A stretch of DNA of 61,044 nt from an uncultured Bacilli bacterium (GCA_947626695.1 CANQTE010000002.1:1-61044); one strand, 5' to 3'. Positions 35,720 through 46,052 are shown, counted from the stretch's first letter. Program-made: numbers and translations. The notes: generated by a model from the letters alone, not told the origin.

Positions 35720-36160
35720 ATGCAGTTATATAAAGGTAAAACATGGGAAATAATTTTTGCCGACTATTCACAAGAATTTATAGGTTATTCCATCATAAGT
35801 AGTAATAAAGAAACTTTAAGCGATTTAACAAATGAGGATTGGATAGAACTAGGAATTCTTGAAAAAGAACTAGAACGAGTATGTAAAAAGTTATTTAAAG
35901 CGACTATGTTTAATTTTGTATGTCTTATGAATAATGCCTATCGTGATAATGAAAAACCCCATGTTCACTTTCATTTTATTCCTCGCTATAAAAATAAATT
36001 TGTTATTTTTGATAAACCTTACTCTGATAAACACTTTGGCTATAATTTTTATAAATGGGATTTAAATAAATTTAAAAAACAAAAAGATATTTTCTCTAAA
36101 GAAGAAAAATTAGCTATATTTAATATGCTAAAAGAAGAATTTAAAACTAATAATTTATAA
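35720..36160 (+). CDS. HIT (histidine triad) family protein
   Basis: Histidine-triad motif KPHVHFHFIPRY. Confidence 0.75.
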   Translation: MQLYKGKTWEIIFADYSQEFIGYSIISSNKETLSDLTNEDWIELGILEKELERVCKKLFKATMFNFVCLMNNAYRDNEKPHVHFHFIPRYKNKFVIFDKPYSDKHFGYNFYKWDLNKFKKQKDIFSKEEKLAIFNMLKEEFKTNNL

Positions 36161-36214
36161 TTTACTAATTAGGATTACTCGTGCTATAATAAAAAAACAA
36201 AGAAGGTATCAAAC

Positions 36215-38536
36215 ATGGAAAATATAATACTTATAACTAGTAATTCTAAAAAAATTAAAATATTAAAAAAATTAAGTGAGAAAAAATTGCTATATAACAT
36301 AAAGTTTTATACTTTAGATACACTCAAAAAAGAATTATTCTTTGATTATAATAATGATACTATCGCCTATATTATAAAAAACTATCATGTAAATATTGAT
36401 ATTGCTAAAGTATTTCTTGATAATTTATATTTTCTTAAAAATATCCCCGATGAAAAAATAATATTTTTAAATAACTTAAAAAAAGAACTAGAGGATAATA
36501 ATCTTTTAATTAAAAATAATGCCTTTAAAACATATGTAAGAAATAAAAAAATAATTTTATATGACTTAAAATATTTATTACCAGAAGAAGAATTAATATT
36601 AAAAGAATTAGATACTAATATAATTATTAAAAATGAAGAATTAGAAGAGTATTTACCAACCGTTTATGAAGCTCAAAATACCGAAGAAGAAGTAGAGTTT
36701 GTTATATATAAAATATGTGAATTATTAAATTCTAATATAGATATTAATAAAATTAAAATAATTGCAAGTAAAGAATATTATACTACTTTAAAAAGATACG
36801 CCAAAATATATAATATACCTATAAATATTCCTAGTAATAATAGTTTTTATAGTACCTTTATTGCTAAAGAATTTTTAACTAATTATGATAATTATTCTCT
36901 AGAAGATAACATTATAAATTTAAGTGAAAAATATACTAATGTTAATGATTTAATAAAAATAATAAATAAAAGTGCAACAGTAGATTATGATATTAGAAAA
37001 GAATTTATAATTCATGATTTAAAAAATACTTATCTTGAAAATCCTAGATTTAAAAAGGGAGTAGAAGTAGTATCTTTCTATGATAATCTAGAAAAAGATG
37101 ATTATATCTTTTTACTCGGATTTAATATTAATTCTTATCCTAAAATAGTAAAAGATGAAGAATATTTAAGTGATGAATTAAAACTTAAATTAGGTATTAG
37201 TACTAGTACTATTAAAAATCGTCTTCTAAAATCTAAAATAAAAGAAAAAATAACTTCTTTTAAAAATATATGTTTAACTTATAAATTAACTAGTAGAACA
37301 GGAGTTTTTTATCCTTCATTATTAATTAAAGAGATGGATTTAAATGTTGTTAAAATAGATATTAATCGTACTGTTAGTTATTCTAAATTAATGACTAATC
37401 TAGAGTACGCCAAAACTCTCGATAATCTTTATAAATATAATACAATATCTCCTTTACTTAGCTTATATAAAAATAATCTTAATATCCCATATCGCGAATA
37501 TAATAATACTTTTACTAATCTAAATAAAGAACTATTTAAAAAAAGCCTAGATAATAATTTAACTCTATCTTATACTAATATTGAAATGTATAATGAATGT
37601 AGTTTTAAATATTATTTAAGCAAAATATTAAAAATAGATAAATATGAAGAGAATTTTAAAACTATTTTAGGTACTATTACCCATCATATTTTAGAATTAT
37701 CTCTTACATGTGATATAAATATCCCTGAGGAAATAATTAAATTCACCAAAGAAAAAGAAATAGTTTTAAATAAAAAAGAATATTTTTACTTAGATAAATT
37801 AAGTGAAGAATTAAATGAAGTTATAAAAATTATTAAAGAGCAAGCTACTCATACAAAATTAAATAAATATTTATTTGAAGAAGAATTATATGTATATAAA
37901 GATTTAGATAACTTTAATATTACTATTAAAGGTTTAATTGATAAAGTAATGTATAATGAATATTTTGGTAAAGAAGTAATCGCCGTGGTAGATTATAAAA
38001 CAGGTAATACTAAAATAGATTTAAATAATATTTCTTATGGCCTAGATATTCAATTACCAATTTATTTATATTTACTTAAAAAAAGTACTAAGTTTAAAGA
38101 CGCTCTTATCGCTGGCTTTTATATTCAAAAAGTCTTAGATAAAGTACCAAATATTAGTAATAAAACGATTAAAGAAGTGCGAGTAGATAACTTAAAATTA
38201 CAAGGATTTTCTAATAAAGATAACCGTCTATTAGAATTATTAGATGATAATTATACTGAAAGTACAGTTATAAAAGATTTAAAATATAAAAAGAATGGTG
38301 AATTTAGTAGTAAAGCTAAAATATTATCAACTAAAGAAATGGAAGAATTAACAATTAAAGTAGAAGATATTATAGATAAAACAATTAATAATATCTTAAA
38401 TGCCGAATTTAAAATTAATCCTAAAATAATTAATAATAAAGACCATGCTTGTAGTTATTGTAAATTTAAAGATATATGCTATAAAACTAAAAAAGATGAA
38501 GTAATACTTGGAGGTGAAGAAAATGACATGGACTGA
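36215..38536 (+). CDS. addB: helicase-nuclease AddAB subunit AddB/RexB (short form, 773 aa)
   Basis: Fe-S nuclease domain Cys pattern YNECSFKYYL ... DHACSYCKFKDIC, and VVDYKTG. It lies directly upstream of addA and overlaps it. There is no Walker A at the N-terminus. Confidence 0.85.
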   Translation: MENIILITSNSKKIKILKKLSEKKLLYNIKFYTLDTLKKELFFDYNNDTIAYIIKNYHVNIDIAKVFLDNLYFLKNIPDEKIIFLNNLKKELEDNNLLIKNNAFKTYVRNKKIILYDLKYLLPEEELILKELDTNIIIKNEELEEYLPTVYEAQNTEEEVEFVIYKICELLNSNIDINKIKIIASKEYYTTLKRYAKIYNIPINIPSNNSFYSTFIAKEFLTNYDNYSLEDNIINLSEKYTNVNDLIKIINKSATVDYDIRKEFIIHDLKNTYLENPRFKKGVEVVSFYDNLEKDDYIFLLGFNINSYPKIVKDEEYLSDELKLKLGISTSTIKNRLLKSKIKEKITSFKNICLTYKLTSRTGVFYPSLLIKEMDLNVVKIDINRTVSYSKLMTNLEYAKTLDNLYKYNTISPLLSLYKNNLNIPYREYNNTFTNLNKELFKKSLDNNLTLSYTNIEMYNECSFKYYLSKILKIDKYEENFKTILGTITHHILELSLTCDINIPEEIIKFTKEKEIVLNKKEYFYLDKLSEELNEVIKIIKEQATHTKLNKYLFEEELYVYKDLDNFNITIKGLIDKVMYNEYFGKEVIAVVDYKTGNTKIDLNNISYGLDIQLPIYLYLLKKSTKFKDALIAGFYIQKVLDKVPNISNKTIKEVRVDNLKLQGFSNKDNRLLELLDDNYTESTVIKDLKYKKNGEFSSKAKILSTKEMEELTIKVEDIIDKTINNILNAEFKINPKIINNKDHACSYCKFKDICYKTKKDEVILGGEENDMD

Positions 38537-41500
38537 GGAACAACTAAAAGCTATTAATGAAGAAGGAAGTAATATTATTGTCTCCGCGGGTGCCGGTTCT
38601 GGCAAAACAGCCGTCTTATCTGAAAGAGTTCTTCGTAAAGTAAAAGAAGGAGTAGATATAAGAAAAATTTTAATCTTAACCTTTACTAATGAAGCAGCCG
38701 GAGAAATGAAAAACCGTATTCGTAAAAAATTAATTAAAGCAAATCTTAAAAAAGATTTAGAATACTTAGATACCGCCTATATTACAACTTTTGATGCTTA
38801 TGCCTTATCCTGTGTTAAAAAGTATCACTATCTTTTAAATATTAGTCCTAATATAACTATTATAGATTCTTCTTGTCTAGATTTAGAAAAAAATAAAATT
38901 TTAGATGATATTTTCTTAGAAATGTATAATAAAAAAGATTACCATTTTTTAAAATTAGTTGGAGATTTTACTAATCGTGATGATGCTTTAATTAAAGACG
39001 CTATCTTATCTATTAAAAGCTCTTTAGATTTAAAGTATGATATGGAAGAATATTTGAATACTTACCTATCTAAGTTTTACTCTGATACTTATATATCTAG
39101 TTTATTTAATGAATATTTTCTTTATTTAAAAGATATCTCAAATGGTATCGCCGATGATTTATCTTGTCTTGAAAATTATTTAGACGAAAAAGTATATATG
39201 AAAGTTTATGATAATTATAGTAAATTAACTAATATTAAAAGTTATGAAGATTTACATAAGGTAAAAAATTTAGACCGTGTTATCTTTAAAGATTTAGATG
39301 AAGAAGCTCTAAATATTAAAGAACATTTAAAAGAATCTGCTAAACTTATCATGGAATTATCTAAATATAGTAAAGAAGAATTAAAAGAAGAGTATTTATC
39401 AACAAAAGATTATGTTATAGCAATCATTACTATTATTTTAGAATTAGAAAAACGTATTCAAAAATATAAAAAAGAAAAAGAAGCTTTTGAATTTACAGAT
39501 ATTGCTAAAATGGCTATTAAAATAGTTAAAGAAAATAAAAACATTCAAGAAGAATTAAAATATAATTATAATGAAATATTAATAGATGAATATCAAGATA
39601 CTAATGATTTACAAGAAATGTTTATTAAGGCAATTGAAAATAATAATGTTTATATGGTCGGAGATATTAAACAATCTATATATCGCTTTAGAAATGCTAA
39701 TCCTAATATTTTTAAAACTAAATATGATAATTATAGTAAAAATAATGGAGGTAAAAAAATAGATTTATTAAAAAATTTTCGTTCTAGGAAAGAAGTATTA
39801 GATAATATTAATGAAATATTTAGTTTAATTATGACAGAAGAAATCGGGGGAGTTAATTATAAAGAAAATCATGAAATGGTCTATGGTAATTTATCTTATA
39901 TAAATGAGGGTAAAACAAATTATAATAATAATTTAGAAATATTAAAATATGATAATGAAAATAAAGAATATAAAGATAAAGAAATAGAAGCTTTTATTAT
40001 TGCTAAAGATATTAAAGATAAAATAGATAATAACTATCAAGTATTTGATTTTGATTTACAAAAAACACGTAATGTATGCTTTAATGACTTTTGTATTATC
40101 TTAGATAGAGGAACAGATATGCCTTTATATAAAAAGATATTTGAATATTTAAATATTCCTATGGAAGTTTATAAAGATAGTAATCTAACCGAAGAAAAAG
40201 ATATCTTAGTTATTAAAAATATTCTTAATATGATATTATGTATTAAAAATAAAGATTTTGGTATTAATTTAAGATATTCTTTTGTAAGTATAGCTCGTAG
40301 TTTTATTTATAATTTATCTGACGAATATATCTTTAATAGTCTTAAAAATAATAGTTTTTATGAAAGTGATATCTTTAAAAAATGTTTAGAATTATCAAAT
40401 ACTGATAATAAAACTCCCACTAGTATATTAGAAGAGATTATTGATACATTTAATTTTTATGAAAATTATATAAAAATAGGTTCTATCGAAGCTTCTATGA
40501 TGCGTATTGATAATTTATTAGATATTGCCCATAATTTAGAAGATTTAGGCTTCACATTAAATGATTTTTTAGAATATTTAGATATAACAACAAAAGAAAA
40601 TAAAGAAATAAGATATAAAGAAAAAAGAAGTAATTCTAACTGTGTTAAAATAATGAATATTCATAAATCTAAAGGCTTAGAATTTCCTCTTTGTTATTTT
40701 GCAGGATTTAATAGAACTTTTAATTTACAAGATTTACAAAGTCGTTTTATGTTTGATAAAAAATATGGTATTTTAACTCCTTTTTATAAAGATGGTATAG
40801 GAACTTTATTTACAAAAGAATTAATTAAAAATAATTATTATCAAGAAGAAATATCTGAAAAAATAAGACTTTTCTATGTTGCTTTAACTAGAGCTAAAGA
40901 AAAAATGTTTATTGTCTTACCAAACTTTAAAGAAGAAAAAGAAATAAAAGAAAAGTTAGATTATTTAGATGGTCTTAAGTTTCGTTCCTTTTATGATTTT
41001 ATTAATGCTATATCTCTTAATTTAAATAAATATATGAAATTAATTGATTTAAATTCTCTTAACTTAACTAAAGATTATGAATTTGAAAGTATGATTAATA
41101 ATAATAAAATTATTGATAATAAAGATAATATCGAGTTTTTAAATCTAAAGTTAGAACAAGAATTAATAACTAAAAAACATGCTTCAAAAGAAATAAAAAC
41201 AATTTTAAAAAAAGAAGATACTAAACTCTTAAATTATGGAACTAAAATTCATCAAATGTTAGAATATACTGATTTAACTAATCCAAGTTCTAATAATATA
41301 ATTATGAATTTAGAAGCTCTATTTGATTTTAAAAATGCTCATATTTATCAAGAATTAGAGTTTATTTATTTAGATAAAGATGAAGAATATCATGGTATAA
41401 TCGATTTATTATTAGAATATCATGATGTTATTAAAATAATTGATTATAAATTAAAAAATTTATCAGATACTAATTATCAAAAACAATTAGAAATATATTA

Positions 41501-41591
41501 TAAATATATAAAAAGTATTAAAGATAAACCTATTAAAGTATATTTATATTCTATTATAGATAATAAATGTTTAGAAATAGATGTCAAATAA
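38523..41591 (+). CDS. addA: helicase-nuclease AddAB subunit AddA
   Basis: VSAGAGSGKTAVL, IDEYQDTN, MVGDIKQSIYRFRNA, NFRSRKEV, MNIHKSKGLEFP, YVALTRAKEKM, and the C-terminal nuclease GIIDLLL...IIDYK. GGAGGTG precedes ATG 38523. Confidence 0.93.
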   Translation: MTWTEEQLKAINEEGSNIIVSAGAGSGKTAVLSERVLRKVKEGVDIRKILILTFTNEAAGEMKNRIRKKLIKANLKKDLEYLDTAYITTFDAYALSCVKKYHYLLNISPNITIIDSSCLDLEKNKILDDIFLEMYNKKDYHFLKLVGDFTNRDDALIKDAILSIKSSLDLKYDMEEYLNTYLSKFYSDTYISSLFNEYFLYLKDISNGIADDLSCLENYLDEKVYMKVYDNYSKLTNIKSYEDLHKVKNLDRVIFKDLDEEALNIKEHLKESAKLIMELSKYSKEELKEEYLSTKDYVIAIITIILELEKRIQKYKKEKEAFEFTDIAKMAIKIVKENKNIQEELKYNYNEILIDEYQDTNDLQEMFIKAIENNNVYMVGDIKQSIYRFRNANPNIFKTKYDNYSKNNGGKKIDLLKNFRSRKEVLDNINEIFSLIMTEEIGGVNYKENHEMVYGNLSYINEGKTNYNNNLEILKYDNENKEYKDKEIEAFIIAKDIKDKIDNNYQVFDFDLQKTRNVCFNDFCIILDRGTDMPLYKKIFEYLNIPMEVYKDSNLTEEKDILVIKNILNMILCIKNKDFGINLRYSFVSIARSFIYNLSDEYIFNSLKNNSFYESDIFKKCLELSNTDNKTPTSILEEIIDTFNFYENYIKIGSIEASMMRIDNLLDIAHNLEDLGFTLNDFLEYLDITTKENKEIRYKEKRSNSNCVKIMNIHKSKGLEFPLCYFAGFNRTFNLQDLQSRFMFDKKYGILTPFYKDGIGTLFTKELIKNNYYQEEISEKIRLFYVALTRAKEKMFIVLPNFKEEKEIKEKLDYLDGLKFRSFYDFINAISLNLNKYMKLIDLNSLNLTKDYEFESMINNNKIIDNKDNIEFLNLKLEQELITKKHASKEIKTILKKEDTKLLNYGTKIHQMLEYTDLTNPSSNNIIMNLEALFDFKNAHIYQELEFIYLDKDEEYHGIIDLLLEYHDVIKIIDYKLKNLSDTNYQKQLEIYYKYIKSIKDKPIKVYLYSIIDNKCLEIDVK

Positions 41592-41693
41592 TATGGTCAA
41601 AGAAAAATTAAATGATTTAGATTACTATTATGAAAATATATTTTTTGATATGAATTAAGTAAATAAATTATAAATTTACTTTATAAAAAAATG

Positions 41694-41722
41694 TTTACAA
41701 TCCTAGATAAAAATGCTAAAAT
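41694..41722 (+). promoter_or_regulatory. abiE promoter TTTACA-17-TGCTAAAAT
   Basis: Hexamers with a 17-nt spacer and an extended -10 TG. Confidence 0.55.
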
Positions 41723-41768
41723 GTTCCTGTGATGAGGAAAAAGTGAAAAAAATCCTCATGGGAGGAAC
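41723..41768 (+). promoter_or_regulatory. 16-nt imperfect inverted repeat (GTTCCTGTGATGAGGA / TCCTCATGGGAGGAAC) spanning the transcription start and the abiEi RBS
   Basis: The arms at 41723-41738 and 41753-41768 match at 13 of 16 positions. The right arm contains the SD GGAGG, 3 nt before the ATG. Confidence 0.55.
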
Positions 41769-41770
41769 AT

Positions 41771-42364
41771 ATGAATTACGAAAATAAGTTAATTAATTAC
41801 ATGAAAAATAATTGTGATACAATAACTATTGAAGAAGTAAATAATTTAAATATTCCAAGAGTAGTTTTGACTAGACTAATTAAAAAAAATCTAATAGAAA
41901 GAGTTAAAAATGGATTATATGTATTAAATGGTTGTTGGGGAGATGAATATTTTAATTTTATTTATAAAAATAGTGGTGCTGTATATTCTCATCTAACGTC
42001 ACTTTATTTTTATGATTTATGTGAGAGAGTTCCAATGGAATATGATATTACTGTAAAGAAAAATTATAGTGGTAATTTAAGAAATAATAAAAATGTTAAG
42101 TTATATTATACAAGTGATGATACTTATGAATTAGGTTTAACTAAAATTAAAAGCCCTCAAGGGAAAATTGTTCCATGTTATGATGTTGAAAGGTGCCTTT
42201 GTGATTTAATAAAATATAAAGATAAAATATATATTGAATATATAAAATATGCTTTTCATGAGTATTACAAAGTAGAAAAAAATGATATAAAAAAGTTATA
42301 TGAATATGCTAAAAAATTAAATGTTTATGAAGCATTAAAAGAATTTATGGAGATTTTTTTATAA
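41771..42364 (+). CDS. abiEi: AbiEi-family type IV toxin-antitoxin antitoxin / transcriptional regulator
   Basis: N-terminal wHTH ITIEEVNNLNIPRVVLTRLIKKNLIERVKNGLYVL. Its stop overlaps the downstream AbiEii ATG (TAATG). Confidence 0.75.
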   Translation: MNYENKLINYMKNNCDTITIEEVNNLNIPRVVLTRLIKKNLIERVKNGLYVLNGCWGDEYFNFIYKNSGAVYSHLTSLYFYDLCERVPMEYDITVKKNYSGNLRNNKNVKLYYTSDDTYELGLTKIKSPQGKIVPCYDVERCLCDLIKYKDKIYIEYIKYAFHEYYKVEKNDIKKLYEYAKKLNVYEALKEFMEIFL

Positions 42365-43200
42365 TGAATATTACTAGTATTAAAGCAAAAATAAATAATA
42401 AAGCCAAAAAATATAATTTATCACCTCAAGATTTGATGCAAATGTATTTTTTTGAAAGAATATTATATAGAATTTCTATAAGTGAATATAAATATAATTT
42501 TATTATTAAAGGTGGGTTACTACTATCGTCAATGTTTGAAGATGAAAGTAGAACAACTCAAGATATGGATACGATGGTTAAAGGTATAGAAATTAGTGAA
42601 ACAAAATTAATTCAAGTATTAACAAATATATTTAAAATTGATGGAAATGATGGAATTAATTTTGAAATATTAAGCCTAAAAAATATTAGAGAAGAAGATT
42701 TATACGGTGGTTATAGGGTTGCAATTAAAGCAAGTTTAGATACATTAACTGTAAGTTTAAAAATTGATATAACAACAGGTGACCCAATAATCCCAAGAGA
42801 AATAGAATATAGCTATAAATGCTTAATAGATGATAAAAATATTAAGATAATGGCATTTAGCAAATTTTCCATTATTGCAGAGAAATTTCAGACTTTGATA
42901 GAAACACTAGAAACTGATACAAGAGCAAAAGACTTTTATGATATTTATAAATTAACAAGTAATGATTTAGATAGTAAAAAATTGTATAGAGCAATTTATA
43001 ATACTTTTAAAAGAAGGAATACCCTTAATTTATTAGATGATTTAAATGATAGATTTAATATTATAAAGGAAAGTTCAATATTAAGAGAATATTGGAATAA
43101 TTATCAAAGAAAACATTATTATGCTAAAAATATTAATTATGAAGATTTTGTTAGTTCTCTAAATTATATTATTAAAATTATAGAAACAAATAAACAATAA
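42364..43200 (+). CDS. abiEii: AbiEii/AbiGii-family nucleotidyltransferase toxin (DUF1814)
   Basis: FIIKGGLLLS, TQDMD and RAKDFYDIY motifs characteristic of DUF1814. Confidence 0.8.
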   Translation: MNITSIKAKINNKAKKYNLSPQDLMQMYFFERILYRISISEYKYNFIIKGGLLLSSMFEDESRTTQDMDTMVKGIEISETKLIQVLTNIFKIDGNDGINFEILSLKNIREEDLYGGYRVAIKASLDTLTVSLKIDITTGDPIIPREIEYSYKCLIDDKNIKIMAFSKFSIIAEKFQTLIETLETDTRAKDFYDIYKLTSNDLDSKKLYRAIYNTFKRRNTLNLLDDLNDRFNIIKESSILREYWNNYQRKHYYAKNINYEDFVSSLNYIIKIIETNKQ

Positions 43201-43311
43201 TATGAAATGTTATCATTTTAATATTAAATACTAAAATAACTGTCAAATAGTCTAAAAAAACTTGAGTTAAAAATTAAATTATGCTAATATAATTATATAG
43301 GAGATGATTAT

Positions 43312-43857
43312 ATGCTATGGATAATACTTGGAATAATTTTAGTTATAGTAATATGGGTATTTGCAACTTATAACACTTTAGTATCCCTTCGTAATCGTGT
43401 AAAAGATTCTTGGAGTCAAATTGATGTTCAATTAAAAAGAAGATTTGATTTAATTCCTAATTTAGTTGAAACAGTAAAAGGCTATACTAAACATGAAAAA
43501 GATACTTTAAAAGAAGTAGTAGAAGCAAGAAATACTTATTTAAGCGCTACTTTACCAGAAGAACAAATGAAAGCTGATGGAGAACTTACTAAAGCGGTCA
43601 GTAAATTATTTGCTTTATCAGAAAGTTATCCCGACTTAAAAGCTAATACTAACTTTACTGAATTACAAAATGAATTAAATGAAACTGAAAATAAGATTGC
43701 TATTTCTCGTCAATTTTATAATGATGTTGTTATGCAATATAATAATAAAGTTGAAATGGTACCATCAAACATTGTAGCAAGTATTTTCAAATTTACTAAA
43801 GAAACTTTCTTTCAAGCAAATGAAACAGAAAGAGAAAATGTTAAAGTTAAATTTTAG
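43312..43857 (+). CDS. lemA: LemA family membrane protein
   Basis: N-terminal TM helix, then YNTLVSLRNRVKDSWSQIDVQLKRRFDLIPNLVETVKGY, a typical LemA sequence. Confidence 0.9.
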   Translation: MLWIILGIILVIVIWVFATYNTLVSLRNRVKDSWSQIDVQLKRRFDLIPNLVETVKGYTKHEKDTLKEVVEARNTYLSATLPEEQMKADGELTKAVSKLFALSESYPDLKANTNFTELQNELNETENKIAISRQFYNDVVMQYNNKVEMVPSNIVASIFKFTKETFFQANETERENVKVKF

Positions 43858-43900
43858 AGCAATAGCTCTTTTTTTAAAAGAATTTGAAAGGAAATTTAAA

Positions 43901-45763
43901 ATGAAAAAACTTATTTTTATCTTAATCTTATTTATTCCTCTTACTGTTAATGCCACGGAGGTTAGTATTACAGATTTTTTGGTGGATTCTACCATACTTG
44001 AAAATGGCGATATGGAAGTAAAAGAGTTAATCGTGGCCGATGGTACATTTAATTGGTATGAAAGAGACCTTTTATATAAAAATAGTGCTTTAACCTCTAG
44101 TGATAATTATGATAATAATAGTATTTATAATGCTAGTGATATAGAAGTATTAGAATTAAAAGCTAAAAATATAAGTAATGTATCTTTTAATACTTTTAAT
44201 GAAAATTTCGATATCTTAAGTTATAATATGCATGCATCTAATGGTGATAAGGGTTATTATGGGAGGACACAACTTACTGATGGATATCGTTATCGTATGT
44301 ATTATTATACAAATAATGATAAAACAGCTTTTTATCTTAGATATATCGTTCATGATGTTGTAGTAGCCCATAAAGATGTCGCCGAAGTTTATTGGACTTT
44401 TGTTCCCGATGGCTTTGAAGAAGATTTACATAATATTAAAATAAGAGTTAATTTACCAAAAGAAGATAATACTGATAATTATCGCGTTTGGGCTCACGGC
44501 CATATAAGTGGGGAAGTTAAAAAAGAAAATAATAAAAGCATTTTTGCTAGTATTAATTCTGTTTTTAAAGGAGATACTGTTGATATTAGATTAATATTTG
44601 ATAAGAGTTTAATTACAAATGCCTCTAAAACAAGAGATGATTATGCCAAAGATAGTATTATTGAAGTTGAAACTAAAAGAGCAGAAGAAGCTAATAATTT
44701 AAGAGAAATGTATGCTAAAAAAGAAAAATTTTGTATAGTTAGTTCTAGTTTAATGATAATTGTTATTCTAATATTATTTGCCTATACTTATTATAAATAT
44801 GGTAAAAGTCCTAAATCAGATTATTATTCTAAATATAATCGGGAATTTATTGATGATTATAATGTCGAAGTAGTAGATTATTTAATGAATAGAAGCATAA
44901 CACCAAACGCGATGAGTGCATCAATATTAAATCTAATTTATAAAAAAAATATTACCGTTGAAGAAATACCTACATCTAAACGTAAAGAATATAAATTTAC
45001 TTTAAAAAATACTGATAATATAAATGAAAGTGAAAGACTATTAATTGCCTTTTTATTCGATAAAGTAGGTAATAAAGAAACAAAAGAATTTACGACTATT
45101 GAATTAAAAAATTATGCTAAAAGTGTTAAAACATGTGATACTTTCCTCACTAATTATAAAGATTGGGAAAATGAAGTAAAAAAGACTGCCCTTAATGAAA
45201 ACTTTTATGTTAAATCTCATAAACCTGTAATAATCGGAGTAATTACTTTACTAATATCTTATTTTATATTTACATATGGTATAGCAACTTACCCAAATGG
45301 CGCAATTCTTTATACATTATTACTTATCTTAACAGTCCTTTATTTTATTTATTCTATCGTAGTTATTAAAAAGACCCAAAAAGGAATAGACCATTATACT
45401 AAATGGCAAGCATTTAAAAATTTCTTAAAAGACTTTGGTACTTTTGAATTAAAAGAATTACCAGAAATAGCTTTATGGGAAAGATATTTAGTATATGCAA
45501 CTGTCTTTGGTCTTGCTGATAAAGTAAAACAAAGTATGAATGTTAAAATAAAAGAGATAGATATGTATAATGATTATTATCCATCATTTATCTATTTAGA
45601 TTTTGGACCATCTATTAATAGTAGTATTACAAGTTCTATTAATACCGCGCGAGCAACATCTAGTAATTATCATACAACAAGTTCAAGTGGAAGTGGCTTT
45701 GGAGGTGGCTTTTCATCAGGCGGAGGCTTTGGTGGAGGTGGCGGAGGTGGTCGCTTTGGATAA
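43901..45763 (+). CDS. DUF2207-family membrane protein (LemA partner) with a Gly-rich C-terminus
   Basis: Signal peptide MKKLIFILILFIPLTVNA, central TM helices, and the C-terminus SSGSGFGGGFSSGGGFGGGGGGGRFG. The start is moved to ATG 43901, after the lemA stop. Confidence 0.8.
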   Translation: MKKLIFILILFIPLTVNATEVSITDFLVDSTILENGDMEVKELIVADGTFNWYERDLLYKNSALTSSDNYDNNSIYNASDIEVLELKAKNISNVSFNTFNENFDILSYNMHASNGDKGYYGRTQLTDGYRYRMYYYTNNDKTAFYLRYIVHDVVVAHKDVAEVYWTFVPDGFEEDLHNIKIRVNLPKEDNTDNYRVWAHGHISGEVKKENNKSIFASINSVFKGDTVDIRLIFDKSLITNASKTRDDYAKDSIIEVETKRAEEANNLREMYAKKEKFCIVSSSLMIIVILILFAYTYYKYGKSPKSDYYSKYNREFIDDYNVEVVDYLMNRSITPNAMSASILNLIYKKNITVEEIPTSKRKEYKFTLKNTDNINESERLLIAFLFDKVGNKETKEFTTIELKNYAKSVKTCDTFLTNYKDWENEVKKTALNENFYVKSHKPVIIGVITLLISYFIFTYGIATYPNGAILYTLLLILTVLYFIYSIVVIKKTQKGIDHYTKWQAFKNFLKDFGTFELKELPEIALWERYLVYATVFGLADKVKQSMNVKIKEIDMYNDYYPSFIYLDFGPSINSSITSSINTARATSSNYHTTSSSGSGFGGGFSSGGGFGGGGGGGRFG

Positions 45764-45836
45764 TAAAATAAATATTGAAGATAATTTACTTGAATTTTTA
45801 CTCACGAAGAATTATTGTAAAACCCTCAAAAACAAG

Positions 45837-45867
45837 TGTTGATGTAAAAAATATATCAACATTTTTT
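45837..45867 (+). terminator. rho-independent terminator
   Basis: TGTTGAT-(11 nt)-ATCAACA followed by TTTTTT. Confidence 0.65.
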
Positions 45868-45884
45868 AATGTTTACTTATTTAA

Positions 45885-45995
45885 AAAAGTAAAAACTTTG
45901 GTAATACAGTCGAAACAATTGAAAAAACATATATTCATATGTTCCTAAAAAAGAAAGAAAAAACAATTTCTGCACTAAATGATTTTGTAAAATAA
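45885..45995 (+). pseudogene. C-terminal remnant of a tyrosine recombinase/integrase gene
   Basis: KNFGNTVETIEKTYIHMFLKKKEKTISALNDFVK* resembles the LGH....T...Y.H catalytic-Tyr block. A stop lies immediately upstream, and it is adjacent to tRNA-Asn. Confidence 0.4.
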
Positions 45996-45998
45996 GGG

Positions 45999-46018
45999 GT
46001 AAATAAGGGGTAAAATTA
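45999..46018. repeat. 20-nt repeat GTAAATAAGGGGTAAAATTA, copy 2 (46 nt beyond the tRNA-Asn 3' end), preceded by a partial extra unit AATAAGGG
   Basis: Identical to 9743-9762. Confidence 0.85.
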
Positions 46019-46029
46019 TTTAAAGCATG

Positions 46030-46052
46030 AAAAAACTCCCTAAATAAGGGAG
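46030..46052 (-). terminator. terminator of tRNA-Asn
   Basis: Minus strand CTCCCT-TATTT-AGGGAG followed by TTTTTT. Confidence 0.7.

Noticed and set aside
43312-45763. LemA plus DUF2207 as a novel defence pair next to AbiE.
   Set aside because: This is a widespread, well-known conserved membrane gene pair. Nothing unusual was seen apart from the typical Gly-rich tail.
9743-46018. The 36-kb interval between the two 20-nt repeats as one large genomic island.
   Set aside because: The interval contains clearly core genes (uppS, rluB, rhomboid, addAB, spoVID-like). The repeats are better explained as independent scars downstream of two tRNAs.
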